NCBI GenBank assembly: GCA_964534995.1
Contig: CAZHSC010000003.1
Coordinates: 4,252-68,251, forward strand
Origin: an uncultured Bifidobacterium sp.
Lineage (GTDB): Bacteria > Bacteroidota > Bacteroidia > AKYH767-A > OLB10
DNA length: 64,000 nt
Direction: 5' to 3'
Below the pieces are notes generated by a model that ran no database searches, had not been told where the DNA came from, and was given only the letters and a program-made list of their open reading frames with translations. How positions within the stretch are numbered: the stretch's first letter is position 1; the number at the start of each line of letters is the position of its first letter. This document shows, piece after piece, positions 10,183 to 20,407 of this stretch. A program made the translations under genes and the position numbers.

Positions 10183-10890
10183 TCATGGGGTGCTCAGTGC
10201 CACCGGCAGGATTTTGCCGTTAAAGAAACGATGGCCGTGAAGCGTGAACCAGCAAATAAAATCGGCCATTTCATGCGCCTGCAACGGCGCCTCGTAACCC
10301 GGGAAAGCGGTGTTCAGCATTTCAGTTTGAACGGCTCCCAGGGCCAGGCAATTTACTTTAATTGCATAGGGACTGAGTTCGAGAGCGAGGCATTCACTCA
10401 GCACCGCCATGGCTCCTTTACTGCTGGAATAGGCGCTGAGGCCGGCGAATTTCACACTACCCTGTACGCCTCCAATACTGCCGATGTGAATAACATGCGC
10501 GCCATTCGCTTCTTTGAGCAATGGTAGCAAAGTCCGGGTAAGCAAAAAGGGCGCGAAAACATTTACACCGTAGATCCGCTCCAGGTCCGATCTGTTGATT
10601 TCCGCAAAGGACTTACTCACCAAAAAACCGGCATTGTGAAGTATACCATCCAGGCTATGTACACCTTCTTCCCTTAAATACGCGAGCAATTGCTCGGGGT
10701 CTTCCTTTTCCAGATCGAAGGACTTTACAAGGATGCTGTTCCCGCTGGCACGTCTTAGTTCCTGCAATTTACTTTCATTGCGGGCAAGGGCAAACACCAT
10801 TGTTCCGGGTTCCTGTGATAATTTAAGTGCCGTTTCAAAACCTATTCCTGAAGAAGCGCCGGTGATGAGATACACTTTGCTACGGTTCAT
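10183..10890 (-). CDS. SDR family oxidoreductase
   Basis: TGASSGIG Rossmann motif and a YxxxK-type active-site region. Confidence 0.8.
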   Translation of the reverse strand: MNRSKVYLITGASSGIGFETALKLSQEPGTMVFALARNESKLQELRRASGNSILVKSFDLEKEDPEQLLAYLREEGVHSLDGILHNAGFLVSKSFAEINRSDLERIYGVNVFAPFLLTRTLLPLLKEANGAHVIHIGSIGGVQGSVKFAGLSAYSSSKGAMAVLSECLALELSPYAIKVNCLALGAVQTEMLNTAFPGYEAPLQAHEMADFICWFTLHGHRFFNGKILPVALSTP

Positions 10891-10951
10891 GTGCCTGAAT
10901 TTATGATTACAAAGGAAAAAAAATCATCGAATGTTGTACCTTTGAATTTGA

Positions 10952-11515
10952 TTGAATATGAAAAAAATACTGATTTGCATTTGTATGCTGTTCGCGGCCA
11001 TCCGCTTACCGGCTCAGGAAGCAGCGCCTGCAGGCAATGAAAAGAGAGATAAACCCAGGACCTCTTTCGCGGACCGATTGTTTTTTGGGGGGAACCTGGG
11101 TTTAAATTTCGGAACGCTGACCTATATTAATGTTTCCCCCATCATCGGATACAGGATCACCGAACGGCTGGGTGCAGGTCTGGGTCCTACTTATGCTTAT
11201 TTTAAGGATTACCGCGACAGGAATTATAAATATGAAACCCACACTTACGGTGGCCGTACCTTTGTACAGTACCAGGTACTGGAAAGTGTGTTGTTGTATT
11301 CAGAGTATGAAATGGTGAATATCGAAGTTCCTGACCTGCTTTTCACCAAACTTGTCAGGGAAAATGTAAGCAGCCTCTTCGTAGGTGGGGGATATACGCA
11401 ACAGGTAGGAAGGGCTTCCGCCTTTTCAATAATGATGCTTTTTAATGTAATCGAAAGCGACTACAGGATTTATGAAAACCCATTGATCCGTACCGGCATC
11501 AATATCGGTTTCTGA
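10952..11515 (+). CDS. small outer-membrane beta-barrel (porin-family-like) protein
   Basis: Signal peptide (MLFAAIRLPAQ). Alternating aromatic/hydrophilic beta-strand pattern and a C-terminal aromatic residue (INIGF). Confidence 0.5.
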   Translation: MNMKKILICICMLFAAIRLPAQEAAPAGNEKRDKPRTSFADRLFFGGNLGLNFGTLTYINVSPIIGYRITERLGAGLGPTYAYFKDYRDRNYKYETHTYGGRTFVQYQVLESVLLYSEYEMVNIEVPDLLFTKLVRENVSSLFVGGGYTQQVGRASAFSIMMLFNVIESDYRIYENPLIRTGINIGF

Positions 11516-11558
11516 TTCCGTCTTATTCCGGTAGAAACTTCAGTTACATCGTTTCCCG

Positions 11559-12233
11559 TCACATATCCTTTAATTCTATCTTACCCATGTGCCGCATTAT
11601 CCAGTTCCTTTTTTTGATGATATAAGGAGTTGGCTTACTGGCCGACCATCGCAGGGGATTGGGCAAAATGGCGGCAATGGATGCGGATTCTTTTTTTGTG
11701 AGTTGTGATGCCGGTTTGTTAAAATAATGACGCGCCGCGGCTTCAGCGCCGTAAACCCCGGGACCCATTTCAATCACATTTAAATATACCTCCATGATCC
11801 TTTCCTTGCTCCACAGCAGTTCAATGAGAAAAGTGAAGTACACTTCCAGCCCCTTTCTGAGCCAGCTCCTGCCGGGCCACAGAAAAACATTCTTTGCTGT
11901 TTGCTGACTGATGGTGGAAGCGCCTTTAACCTTTTTGCCTTTATGTTTGGTATTGTACTCAACCGCTTTTTCAATGGCTTCAAGGTCGAAGCCAAAATGT
12001 TCTTCAAACTTCTGGTCTTCGGCGGTAACTACTGCCAGCGGGAGGTTGGGAGAAATTTCTTCCAGGGTTTTCCATTTTTTATCGATGCGGCCGTCTTCCA
12101 TTTCAAAATAGCGGATAAGCATCAGTGGAGTGGCAGGTACGGGAACAAATCTGAAAAAAAGGGTGCTTGCAACGCTGATGATTAAAAAAGCCGCTACGAT
12201 GCGGGCGATCAGTCTGAATATTTTTTTCAGCAT
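11559..12233 (-). CDS. mtgA: monofunctional biosynthetic peptidoglycan transglycosylase (GT51)
   Basis: N-terminal TM. GT51 motifs EDQKFEEHFGFD and ISQQTAKNVFL. Confidence 0.8.
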   Translation of the reverse strand: MLKKIFRLIARIVAAFLIISVASTLFFRFVPVPATPLMLIRYFEMEDGRIDKKWKTLEEISPNLPLAVVTAEDQKFEEHFGFDLEAIEKAVEYNTKHKGKKVKGASTISQQTAKNVFLWPGRSWLRKGLEVYFTFLIELLWSKERIMEVYLNVIEMGPGVYGAEAAARHYFNKPASQLTKKESASIAAILPNPLRWSASKPTPYIIKKRNWIMRHMGKIELKDM

Positions 12234-12327
12234 CCTGCAAAGGTAGTGAATTGAAGGGGCGGCCGGCTCTTTTTCATAGGATCCCTTTCAAGGAATTTCT
12301 GCCGGAATAGCGTATTTTCGCTTCCCA

Positions 12328-12669
12328 ATGATGAATAAGCTTCGGGAATATGAAAATTTCCATATTGTCCTCTGGCTGGTAAAAGATACCTGCTGGGTGC
12401 TGGACTTGAAAATACCAGGGCTTATCATGATTCTCCCGGCCCTTGCAGTAGCTTTGCACATCACCTGGCTGCATCGTCATTTACGATCGGAATTGATGCA
12501 CAACATTGCCATTGTATGCTGGCTGTGTGCCAATTCAATCTGGATGATAGGCGAGTTTTTCTTCAATGATACCCTGCGTCCCTTTGCTATAGTGTTTTTC
12601 ACATTGGGGGTAATTATCATCTTCAGTTATTACATCTTTGTCCGACCATACGAAAAGCGATCTTTATAA
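12328..12669 (+). CDS. small multi-pass membrane protein, hypothetical
   Basis: 113 aa with three hydrophobic helices. No homology recognisable by eye. Confidence 0.3.
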   Translation: MMNKLREYENFHIVLWLVKDTCWVLDLKIPGLIMILPALAVALHITWLHRHLRSELMHNIAIVCWLCANSIWMIGEFFFNDTLRPFAIVFFTLGVIIIFSYYIFVRPYEKRSL

Positions 12670-12724
12670 TTATCCTGACTGAATAATAGCACCGGCCTTG
12701 CTGCCATTCGCTACTTTCTGATGA

Positions 12725-14968
12725 TCAGCTTTCCTGCTCCATCAGGTTTCCGAGAGCGGAATCATACTTTTCCCTGAATGATTCAACACTGCCATATTCT
12801 TCCTCGTTGATCACAATGGCATTGCCGCCTACTTCACCCAGGTTAGTGAAATCTACATCCGAAGCGGCTACCATTTCTACAAAGGCATCCAGCTTTTCAG
12901 GACTGACGCTCACCACAATTCTGCCCTGCGATTCTCCGAAAAGACAGGCGTCCTTGCGCAATTCCTCATCAGTATCTATACGGAATCCAAATCCACGGGG
13001 CATGGCTGATTCCAGCAGACAGATAAACAGACCCCCGTCTGAAATATCATGTGCACTCTCAATGAGCCCTTCCCTGATGAGGGATTTTGCCAATTGCTGT
13101 ACGTTGAATTCTTCATCGAGGTTAAACCAGGGTGCCGGACTGTTTTTAATGCCGCAAAAGGAATATAAATACTCCGAGGAGGAAATGTCATTTCTGGAGG
13201 AACCCAGTAAAAACAGGATGTCACCTTCATTTTTGAAGTCGAGGGTCATCTGGTGTTTCTTATCGGTAACAATCCCCACCATGCCAATGGTAGGTGTTGG
13301 AAATACCGGGACTTCGCCCTGTTCATTTTTTGACTGATTATAAAAACTTACGTTACCCCCGGTTACCGGTGTTTCAAATTTTTGACAGGCCTTAGTCATA
13401 CCCTTGATGGCATGTACAAATTGCCAGTAAACTTCAGGATTATATGGATTGCCGAAATTCAGGCAATTGGTAACCGCCGAGGGTTCGCCGCCGGAACATA
13501 CAATGTTGCGCGCCGCTTCTGCAACGGCAATGGCGCATCCTGTTTCAGGGTCGCTGTAAACATAGCGGGAGTTGCAATCCACCACCAGCGCAAGGGCTTT
13601 CCTGGTTCCCCGGACGTCCACAATGGCTGCATCGCTGGGCTTATTGGTACTCATGTTAATGGTGCCAATCATTGAATCATATTGATTGTAAACCCAGCGC
13701 CGGGAGGCAATGTTGGGATGGCTGACCAGGTGGTTTATAACAGGTCGTATATCCGTAAGGTCGGGTACCTTGTTGATGTCAAAGGATTTGTTCAGGGCAA
13801 TATATGCCGGCTCACGGTAATCGCGTGTATATACCGGTGCCCCGCCCCCAAGAACGAGTGATGGGGCAGGTACATCCGCCAGCAACTCTCCACCCATATA
13901 GAAATACAAACGATCTCCTTCGGTCACTTCGCCGATCTGTGTGCAGTTAAGATCCCATTTCTCAAATATCTTTTCCACTTCTTCTTCACGACCTTTCTTC
14001 ACTATCACCAGCATGCGCTCCTGCGATTCACTTAACAATATTTCCCATCCTTTCATATGAGACTGCCGGGTAGGTACTTTATCCAGCCAGATGTTCATGC
14101 CGTGCTTCCCCTTCGCCGACATTTCACTGGTAGAGCATATGATACCCGCTGCACCCATATCCTGCATTCCCACCACAGCTCCGGTTTTAATAATTTCAAG
14201 CGTGGCCTCCAGCAATAACTTTTCCATGAAGGGGTCTCCCACCTGAACGGAGGGCAGGTCTTCGTGAGAATCTTCGTGTAAATCACCCGAGGCAAAGGTC
14301 GCTCCGTGAATACCGTCTTTTCCGGTTGAAGACCCAACAATATATACGGGGTTGCCGGCACCATAGGAAATGGCTGACACCGTTTCACCTTCTTTCACAA
14401 TACCCACCGACATCGCATTTACCAGGATATTCACATTAAAGGAATCATCAAAAAACACTTCGCCACCAACCGTCGGAACACCAAAGGCATTGCCATAATC
14501 CCCGATTCCCTTTACAACTCCTCTGATAAGGTTTTGCATACGCGCCATTTCAGGATTCCCAAATCGAAGGGAGTTTAATTGTGCAATGGGCCGGGCACCC
14601 ATGGTAAAAATATCCCGGTTGATGCCGCCCACTCCCGTGGCCGCACCCTGGTAAGGTTCAATGGCCGATGGATGATTGTGTGATTCAATTTTAAAGGCAC
14701 AGGCCAGCCCATCTCCAATGGCAACAAGACCCGCGTTTTCTTCACCCGCTTTGGCCAGCATATGCGGGCCATCTTTGGGCAGGGTCTTTAACCAGCTGAT
14801 AGAATTTTTATAGGAGCAATGTTCCGACCACATCACAGAGTAAATGCTCAATTCCGTGAAATTCGGTATCCTGCCCAGTATTTCTTTGATTTTTTCAAAT
14901 TCTTCTGGCAGCAAACCCAGTTTTTTTGCGGTATCAACCGTAGTTAACTCTTCAGTAGCGAAAGACAT
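12725..14968 (-). CDS. purL: phosphoribosylformylglycinamidine synthase II
   Basis: 747 aa with PurM-like AIR-synthase-related N- and C-domains, strongly conserved throughout. TGA stop at 12725..12727. Confidence 0.9.
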   Translation of the reverse strand: MSFATEELTTVDTAKKLGLLPEEFEKIKEILGRIPNFTELSIYSVMWSEHCSYKNSISWLKTLPKDGPHMLAKAGEENAGLVAIGDGLACAFKIESHNHPSAIEPYQGAATGVGGINRDIFTMGARPIAQLNSLRFGNPEMARMQNLIRGVVKGIGDYGNAFGVPTVGGEVFFDDSFNVNILVNAMSVGIVKEGETVSAISYGAGNPVYIVGSSTGKDGIHGATFASGDLHEDSHEDLPSVQVGDPFMEKLLLEATLEIIKTGAVVGMQDMGAAGIICSTSEMSAKGKHGMNIWLDKVPTRQSHMKGWEILLSESQERMLVIVKKGREEEVEKIFEKWDLNCTQIGEVTEGDRLYFYMGGELLADVPAPSLVLGGGAPVYTRDYREPAYIALNKSFDINKVPDLTDIRPVINHLVSHPNIASRRWVYNQYDSMIGTINMSTNKPSDAAIVDVRGTRKALALVVDCNSRYVYSDPETGCAIAVAEAARNIVCSGGEPSAVTNCLNFGNPYNPEVYWQFVHAIKGMTKACQKFETPVTGGNVSFYNQSKNEQGEVPVFPTPTIGMVGIVTDKKHQMTLDFKNEGDILFLLGSSRNDISSSEYLYSFCGIKNSPAPWFNLDEEFNVQQLAKSLIREGLIESAHDISDGGLFICLLESAMPRGFGFRIDTDEELRKDACLFGESQGRIVVSVSPEKLDAFVEMVAASDVDFTNLGEVGGNAIVINEEEYGSVESFREKYDSALGNLMEQES

Positions 14969-15054
14969 TGTGCTTTGGTTTTTTGATTTCCCCGGATGGA
15001 ATGATGGAATTATACCCTCCGGACCCTGGATGCAAAAATAGTTCTTCTTCCTCT

Positions 15055-16398
15055 ATGCCCGTAATATTTTATATTTGGGCGATGCTTGAAGCCGGACTCA
15101 CCTTTGGATATATCTTTTTGGCTATATACTTGATTGGCAGGTGGAAGATTTTCCGGGTTCCGGGAATTTCGGTGAAGGTATTTTACGGCTTGTTTATAAT
15201 TAAAGTGGCGGCAGCATTCGCTTTGTATATTATTTATACTCAGTTTTATACCGACAGAGCCTATGCCGATATTTTTCGTTATTATGATGATTCGGCGGTT
15301 ATTTATCAGACGCTGACGGAAAAACCTTATGATTATTTCCGCATGCTTACCGGAATCGATGGAAAAGCACCCGAGTTACTGAATTATTATGATTCGATGC
15401 GTAACTGGTATAATACGGATCTCATTTTTAATGATAGCAGAACCATGATCCGGCTTAACGCTTTTCTGCGTTTATTTACACTAGGCACTTATTTTCCGCA
15501 TGCCATCGTCATGTGTTTTCTGGCTATGGTTGGACTTACAGGCATATTCAGGGTCATGAACAACGCGGTAAAAGGCAGGGCTTTCCTGTTGATGATCATC
15601 GTATACCTCTTGCCATCTATTTTGCTTTGGACATCCGGAATGATCAAAGAAGCTTTTCTTGTATTTGCACTTGGTACTTTACTGTACCAGGTTTCAATGC
15701 TTATGAATGAAAGCGCGCTGAGCTGGAAAAGACTGTTTTATGTTTTGTTGGCTGTTATGATACTCATCACGGTAAAGGCTTATGTCTTTTTCCTGATGCT
15801 GCCGCTGATCATGAGCTGGATGATTTCGAAATTCGTTCCCGGAAAGGCAGGATGGATATGGGTACCGGTGTATATTATTTATTTCATCGCCCTCGCGGCG
15901 ATGGCTCCCGCGCTGACCGGAAATACTGTGCCCCGCCTGATTTCCGATAAACAGGCCGAGTTTTACTTTGTTGCCGGACACGAGCAGGCAAAGAGTGTAG
16001 TGGAAGTTGAAAGGATCCCTCCCGACTGGACCGGGTTGCTTACCGCCGCTCCCGGTGCTTTTTTCAGAACTCTGTTGCTTCCCATGCCGGGCCACGCCCA
16101 TAATATACTGATGTGGTTTTCAGCAGCGGAGAATATTTTTATTTTACTCCTGTCTTTTTTTCTGCTCTTTACCATGAAGATGGAGTTTTTAAAGAACCTG
16201 TCAGTATTTGTTATCTGCTGTTTATTGTTCGGGGTTTCTGTTTTTATTTTGTCGGGTTGGGTTACTCCCATCATCGGGGCATTGGTACGATATAAAGTTC
16301 CCGGGCTTCCATTTTTACTCTTGCCCTTAACTGCCGTCTCCTACAGGAAATGGATGAGCGGTTATTTTATTTCCTGGTTTCACGACAAGACTGTTTAA
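15055..16398 (+). CDS. polytopic membrane protein, paralog A (possible GT-C-like glycosyltransferase or polysaccharide polymerase)
   Basis: About 11 TM helices. Paralogous to the next gene (NDSRTMIRLNAFL vs NDARTVIRFHALL; RYKVPGLPFLLLPL vs RFRMPGLLLILLAL). Start moved to ATG 15055 to avoid the overlap with purL. Confidence 0.5.
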   Translation: MPVIFYIWAMLEAGLTFGYIFLAIYLIGRWKIFRVPGISVKVFYGLFIIKVAAAFALYIIYTQFYTDRAYADIFRYYDDSAVIYQTLTEKPYDYFRMLTGIDGKAPELLNYYDSMRNWYNTDLIFNDSRTMIRLNAFLRLFTLGTYFPHAIVMCFLAMVGLTGIFRVMNNAVKGRAFLLMIIVYLLPSILLWTSGMIKEAFLVFALGTLLYQVSMLMNESALSWKRLFYVLLAVMILITVKAYVFFLMLPLIMSWMISKFVPGKAGWIWVPVYIIYFIALAAMAPALTGNTVPRLISDKQAEFYFVAGHEQAKSVVEVERIPPDWTGLLTAAPGAFFRTLLLPMPGHAHNILMWFSAAENIFILLLSFFLLFTMKMEFLKNLSVFVICCLLFGVSVFILSGWVTPIIGALVRYKVPGLPFLLLPLTAVSYRKWMSGYFISWFHDKTV

Positions 16399-16403
16399 TA
16401 ACG

Positions 16404-17687
16404 ATGCTGCTGCTGGTACATATCCTGCTGATCGTTTTGATTTTTACCAGGACATCACTTCTGAAACTCCGGGGCCTTCCCTCGTACCTGCTGATGCTGG
16501 TGTTGCTGCTTAAGGTGTCAGGAGGTTATGCCATTGCAAAGTATTATCTGAGTACTTACAAAGGCGGGGATATCCAGGGATACCTTGCCGATGTAGTCAG
16601 CCTTCATAAAGTATTTCTTCATAACCCTGCGGGATTTTTCAAATTGATATTTGGCATTGATGAACACAGTCCGGCGATGGAAAATATTATTTCCGGTTTA
16701 AAGATGTGGAACGACAGCGGGTACAATTCTCATTACAATGATGCCAGAACCGTCATCCGGTTCCATGCACTGTTAAGTATCGTTTCGGGTAACAATGAAT
16801 GGGTACACTTGCTTTGGTCGAATGTGATGGCCCTTGCCGGAATGTTATCGCTCCTGCGTTTCTTTTATACGACTGTAGATGGCAAGGCGGAAGTGCCCGC
16901 TGCTGCTCTGAGCTTTTTTTTCCTCCCCAATGTATTTATCTGGAGTTCCGCCATTCTTAAGGAACCTTTGCTTCTTTTTGTGCTGGGGATGACACTCCGG
17001 TATTTTCAGTTGTGGAATCATCGAAGGGAGCGCCGGTATCTGTTGATATTGTTATTATCAGTAGGTGGATTTCTACTTGTAAAATCATTTTGGCTGCTGT
17101 CGTTACTTCCTGGGCTGGTGGGCTGGTTCCTGTTTCCGGACATGAAAAAGCCCTTTCAAACGGTGGCGCTCAGTTATTTGACTGCCCTGGTGCTGGTGTT
17201 GGTGTTGGGTAGCATTTGGCCGGCATGGGATGTGCCTGCATTGCTCTTTGGCCAGCAATTGAATATGTGGAGGTTCGCCGTGTTTATGAATGCGGGTAGT
17301 CTGATCCATCCCATTTCTTTTGCGCCCACCATTGGCAGTTTTTTATCGCATTTACCCGAAGCATTTACTTATGCACTTGTTCAACCCTGGCCATGGCAAC
17401 TGGCAAAGTGGTATCACTTCCCGCTTTTTCTGGAAAACCTGGTTTTTCCGCTGCTCCTGATCCTGTGCTTTCGTAATTTCAAATACACCCGTAAAAGTCC
17501 CGGCACCGAAATCATGCTGGCCCTGGCGGCCGGAAGTGTGATAGTGGTGGTTTGCGGCCTTACCACGCCCGTAATAGGAAGTCTTATCCGCTTCAGGATG
17601 CCGGGACTGCTGCTGATACTGCTGGCGCTGCACGGGTATTACGCCGGGAGCAGGAAAAGAAATAACCCCGCTCAAAGCCCTGATTAA
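16404..17687 (+). CDS. polytopic membrane protein, paralog B
   Basis: Tandem paralog of 15055..16398. Start at ATG 16404, directly after the upstream TAA at 16396..16398. Confidence 0.5.
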   Translation: MLLLVHILLIVLIFTRTSLLKLRGLPSYLLMLVLLLKVSGGYAIAKYYLSTYKGGDIQGYLADVVSLHKVFLHNPAGFFKLIFGIDEHSPAMENIISGLKMWNDSGYNSHYNDARTVIRFHALLSIVSGNNEWVHLLWSNVMALAGMLSLLRFFYTTVDGKAEVPAAALSFFFLPNVFIWSSAILKEPLLLFVLGMTLRYFQLWNHRRERRYLLILLLSVGGFLLVKSFWLLSLLPGLVGWFLFPDMKKPFQTVALSYLTALVLVLVLGSIWPAWDVPALLFGQQLNMWRFAVFMNAGSLIHPISFAPTIGSFLSHLPEAFTYALVQPWPWQLAKWYHFPLFLENLVFPLLLILCFRNFKYTRKSPGTEIMLALAAGSVIVVVCGLTTPVIGSLIRFRMPGLLLILLALHGYYAGSRKRNNPAQSPD

Positions 17688-17725
17688 ATAATTCTTTTTC
17701 CTTTGCAGCTAATATTGTTATCCCT

Positions 17726-19447
17726 ATGAATATTTTTCGAAAGAAAAGCATTGAGCAAATCCTGAAACAGGTGGAGGCCGGTGAGTCGGAAGGGCATGCC
17801 AGGCTGGGTAAACACCTGGGCGTTCGTGATCTTACCGCACTCGGTATTGCCGCCATCATCGGTGCGGGAATATTCAGTACCATAGGCAGTGCCAGCGCGA
17901 GCGGTGGTCCTGGTGTAGTTTTACTTTTTTTTATCACGGCCCTTGCCTGTGGCTTTGCCGCCTACTGCTACGCCGAATTTGCCAGCATGGTTCCTGTAAG
18001 CGGATCTGCCTATACCTACTCTTATGTTGCTTTCGGTGAACTTTTCGCCTGGATCATTGGCTGGGCACTGATTATGGAATATGCTATCGGGAATATTGTT
18101 GTCGCCATTTCCTGGTCGGGATATTTCTCTGCCTTATTGGGTCATCTGAAAATTCCCGCCCTCGGCTTTCCGGATGGAATTATCCTCCCGGCCTGGTCAG
18201 GAATCGATTATTTTTCAGCAAAGCGTGCCTTCCTCGCTTCTCAGATGTCAGGGGCAGATGCTTCCCTGCTGCAATCCGAAGGATACAGGGCCTGGATAAC
18301 TGCTCCTGAATTGGGGAGCCTGAAGATTATCCTGGATATACCCGCATTGTTTATTAATGTGCTGATCACCTGGCTGGTGTACCGTGGCATGAAGGAGTCG
18401 CGCAACGTAAGCAATGTTATGGTGGCGGTAAAACTCATTGTGGTGCTGATGGTGATTATTACCGGTGTTTTTTATGTGGACACTTCCAATTGGTCGCCCT
18501 TTCTTCCCGAAGGATGGGCGGGGGTGCTGGCGGGTGTTTCCGGTGTATTTTTCGCCTATATTGGCTTCGATGCCATTTCCACCACAGCAGAAGAGTGCCA
18601 CAATCCGCAGCGCGACCTGCCCAGGGGTATGTTTTATTCAATTATCATCTGTACAGTTTTATATATCTTAATTGCGCTTGTACTCACCGGGATGGTGAAT
18701 TACAGGGAACTGAATGTGGAAGACCCACTGGCCTTCGTTTTCGGCAAGCGTGGCCTGCACTGGATCAGTGGAATTATTGCGGTGAGTGCCGTGTTTGCCA
18801 TGGCGAGCGTAATGCTGGTATTTCAATTGGGTCAGCCACGGATATGGATGAGCATGAGCCGCGATGGATTACTTCCCCAAAAATTCTCGGTAATTCATAC
18901 CCGTTATGGAACGCCTTCTTTCGCTACGGTGATAACGGGGTTTTTGGTTGGGGTGCCTCTGCTATTTATTGATATGGCTACGGTGGTGGATCTTTGCTCC
19001 ATTGGTACCCTGTTCGCATTTATGCTGGTGTGCGGAGGTGTACTGGTATTGCATAAGCACCGCCATCTTCCCCGTAAATTCCGCGTACCTTATTTCAATG
19101 GCCGTTATGTGGTGCCGGCCTTGTACCTGTGTATCATGCTCTGGCTGGGTATTACGCAAAAAGAATGGATACATCATCATGTCAACCCGCTGGTGAACAT
19201 GGAGTCTGTCCCGAATTTCATCTTCTTCATGGTATTCGCACTGATGGCTTTTTTCAGTTATACACGTAAACATTCTGTCATACCGGTTTTGGGGATACTT
19301 ACCTGTCTTTATCTGATGTCTCAAATTCATGTAAGGCAATGGCTGGGATTCAGCATATGGTTAATCGCGGGCCTCGCGATTTATTTTGGTTTTAGTTACC
19401 GGAACAGTAAAGTGGGCAAAGAAGATAAACCGGTCAGGGTATTTTAA
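17726..19447 (+). CDS. APC-family amino acid permease
   Basis: 573 aa, 12+ TM. The N-terminal AAIIGAGIFS motif is typical of amino-acid/polyamine/organocation transporters. Confidence 0.8.
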   Translation: MNIFRKKSIEQILKQVEAGESEGHARLGKHLGVRDLTALGIAAIIGAGIFSTIGSASASGGPGVVLLFFITALACGFAAYCYAEFASMVPVSGSAYTYSYVAFGELFAWIIGWALIMEYAIGNIVVAISWSGYFSALLGHLKIPALGFPDGIILPAWSGIDYFSAKRAFLASQMSGADASLLQSEGYRAWITAPELGSLKIILDIPALFINVLITWLVYRGMKESRNVSNVMVAVKLIVVLMVIITGVFYVDTSNWSPFLPEGWAGVLAGVSGVFFAYIGFDAISTTAEECHNPQRDLPRGMFYSIIICTVLYILIALVLTGMVNYRELNVEDPLAFVFGKRGLHWISGIIAVSAVFAMASVMLVFQLGQPRIWMSMSRDGLLPQKFSVIHTRYGTPSFATVITGFLVGVPLLFIDMATVVDLCSIGTLFAFMLVCGGVLVLHKHRHLPRKFRVPYFNGRYVVPALYLCIMLWLGITQKEWIHHHVNPLVNMESVPNFIFFMVFALMAFFSYTRKHSVIPVLGILTCLYLMSQIHVRQWLGFSIWLIAGLAIYFGFSYRNSKVGKEDKPVRVF

Positions 19448-19651
19448 GGTCTTCGTAACTGATAATTTTTCCGGCGGTTGATGTTCAGGTCCGGATGGTT
19501 AATACCATACGTGTTACATGCTGTTAATTGCCGCTATGTTTACTGTTGCCCGTTTCGCCGCAATATAATTTTTGGGCCCATTGTAATTTGTATATTTGCC
19601 CGGGGCTTCCTGCTGTTCTGAATGCACGCCCTTGTGTTTATTGTATTCATC

Positions 19652-20407
19652 ATGATAGCTCTCATCACAGGCGCCACCTCCGGCTTCGGACGCGCCATCG
19701 CTTTAAAATTTGCGGAACATGGCTGGGATATTATTATTACCGGACGAAGAAACCACAAGCTGGAGGAACTGGAGCATATTGTAAAAGACACCTACAGTAT
19801 TAAAGTGTATACTTTATGTTTCGATGTTCGTGACAGGGACATGGTACAACAGGAACTGGAGGCGCTGCCCCATTCGTGGAAGGAAATCGATGTGCTGGTC
19901 AACAACGCCGGTCTCGCTGCGGGACTATCGTCAATTCACGAAGGTAATCTCGATGACTGGGAACAGATGATTGACACCAATGTGAAAGGCCTGCTCTATG
20001 TGAGCCGTGTTGTCCTTCCCTGGATGGTCAGCCGTAAAAAAGGGCACCTGATCAATATCGGCAGTACGGCAGCTAAAGATGCCTATCTTAACGGAAACGT
20101 GTACTGCGGAACCAAATTTGCCGTCGATGCTTTGTCAAAAGCCATGCGTATTGATCTGTTGCCACACCACATCAAGGTGACGGCCATACACCCGGGTGCA
20201 GCCGAAACTGAGTTTTCACTGGTGCGGTTTAAAGGAGATGCCGAAAGGGCCAGGTCTGTGTATCAGGGTTTCGACCCACTCCAGGCAGAAGATGTCGCCG
20301 AGGTGGTTTGGTTTGCCGCCAGCAGACCGCCTCATGTGGTATTGAATGATATTGTTATGACTCCGCTCGCGCAGGCTACTGCCGTTTATATACACCGTAA
20401 ACCATGA
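19652..20407 (+). CDS. SDR family NAD(P)-dependent oxidoreductase (YdfG-like)
   Basis: Rossmann motif LITGATSGFG immediately after the internal start. NNAG and Yx3K motifs. 4-nt overlap with the downstream amidohydrolase. Confidence 0.8.
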   Translation: MIALITGATSGFGRAIALKFAEHGWDIIITGRRNHKLEELEHIVKDTYSIKVYTLCFDVRDRDMVQQELEALPHSWKEIDVLVNNAGLAAGLSSIHEGNLDDWEQMIDTNVKGLLYVSRVVLPWMVSRKKGHLINIGSTAAKDAYLNGNVYCGTKFAVDALSKAMRIDLLPHHIKVTAIHPGAAETEFSLVRFKGDAERARSVYQGFDPLQAEDVAEVVWFAASRPPHVVLNDIVMTPLAQATAVYIHRKP

